This document shows positions 54,877 to 55,331 of a stretch of DNA of 55,331 bases, in pieces. The translations under genes and the position numbers were made by a program. Position 1 is the stretch's first letter; every line of letters begins with the position of its first letter. The notes beneath the pieces were generated by a model that had not been told where the DNA came from, ran no database searches, and worked only from the letters and a program-made list of their open reading frames with translations. The DNA is taken from NCBI GenBank assembly GCA_041288095.1, contig JBGGMJ010000160.1:1-55331 (forward strand), read 5' to 3'. The DNA is from Myxococcota bacterium. Its GTDB lineage: Bacteria > Myxococcota > XYA12-FULL-58-9 > JALHOP01.

Positions 54877-55143
54877 ATGGCGTTGATTGAAGAACCCGAA
54901 AAAGCGATGCGCCTTGCCCGCGCCATCGCATCCGACATCTCGCTCTACAACGAGGAGAAGATTCGGACGGGCATCGAAAACGACACGTTCTTCGACGCCA
55001 TCGCCGCCGAGCTCGAGGAGGGTCGCGAGCTCTACAAGAGCCGCGTCGCGCCCAACCTCTACTCGGCGACCAACTTCTACGATCGCGCCGTGGTCGACAT
55101 CATCTTCCGCTCCAAGGGCCACATCAAATCCAAGATTTGGTGA
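54877..55143 (+). CDS. Small helical conserved hypothetical protein (88 aa)
   Basis: A.RLARAIASDISLYN...ELEEGRELY.SRV pattern; its stop overlaps the next start (GTGA). Confidence 0.8.
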   Translation: MALIEEPEKAMRLARAIASDISLYNEEKIRTGIENDTFFDAIAAELEEGRELYKSRVAPNLYSATNFYDRAVVDIIFRSKGHIKSKIW

Positions 55144-55331
55144 CTCTCGACCTGAGCCCCGGCGCGCCCGAGGAGGCGCGCGGGATTCGCCTCGACAAGT
55201 ATCTCACTGCTAAGTCCGCTGAAGCGGACACAGCGCTGGCTGGTTTCACACGGACGCGCTTGCAGAAGCTCATCGACGACGGCCTGGTGCTCGTCGACGG
55301 CAAGACCGCGCGGGCCTCGCTCAAGCTTACA
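55140..55331 (+). CDS. RluA/RluD-family pseudouridine synthase, N-terminal S4 domain (partial, runs off the window)
   Basis: My translation from GTG 55140: ...GIRLDKYL...TRTRLQKLIDDGLVLVDGK..ASLKL. Confidence 0.75.
   Translation, partial: MTLDLSPGAPEEARGIRLDKYLTAKSAEADTALAGFTRTRLQKLIDDGLVLVDGKTARASLKLT

Overview
A high-GC (roughly two-thirds G+C by eye) bacterial chromosome segment, most likely Myxococcota or a related deltaproteobacterium. The supporting hallmarks are a MYXO-CTERM-like tail, an MglA-family GTPase, a Myxococcales-type V4R protein, a Cys-rich MopE-like lipoprotein and a pilin-like domain. The backbone is housekeeping: smc, a split complex I cluster (nuoABC ... nuoD-G-H-I, with no nuoEF or nuoJ-N in the window), tRNA-His, a CDF transporter, miaE, rarA, a two-component pair, a desaturase, rocD, recJ, an HNH protein, a FlhG/MinD-like ATPase and the start of an RluD-like gene. 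I see no CRISPR array, rRNA, transposase, integrase or phage structural gene. The most unusual content: (1) Two adjacent giant (1,517 and 1,403 aa) beta-strand-rich proteins with no signal peptide. They are colinear paralogues by eye, the first appears internally duplicated, and they lie downstream of a lipoprotein with an ExbD-like motif. (2) A four-gene antisense block between nuoC and nuoD: a lipoprotein, a BPI/LBP-like MYXO-CTERM protein, an amidohydrolase with an altered metal site, and a 3x-repeat protein. (3) A shared GCAAC-N16/17-CGATA promoter-like motif before the giant gene and island genes, suggesting a common regulon. (4) Many leaderless-type promoters. (5) Several stand-alone regulatory domains (sigma-region-4-like, LeuA allosteric-like, DUF4388, GcrA-like). 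All family calls come from recognising motifs by eye, not from database searches. Several start codons were moved downstream of the ORF-track starts.
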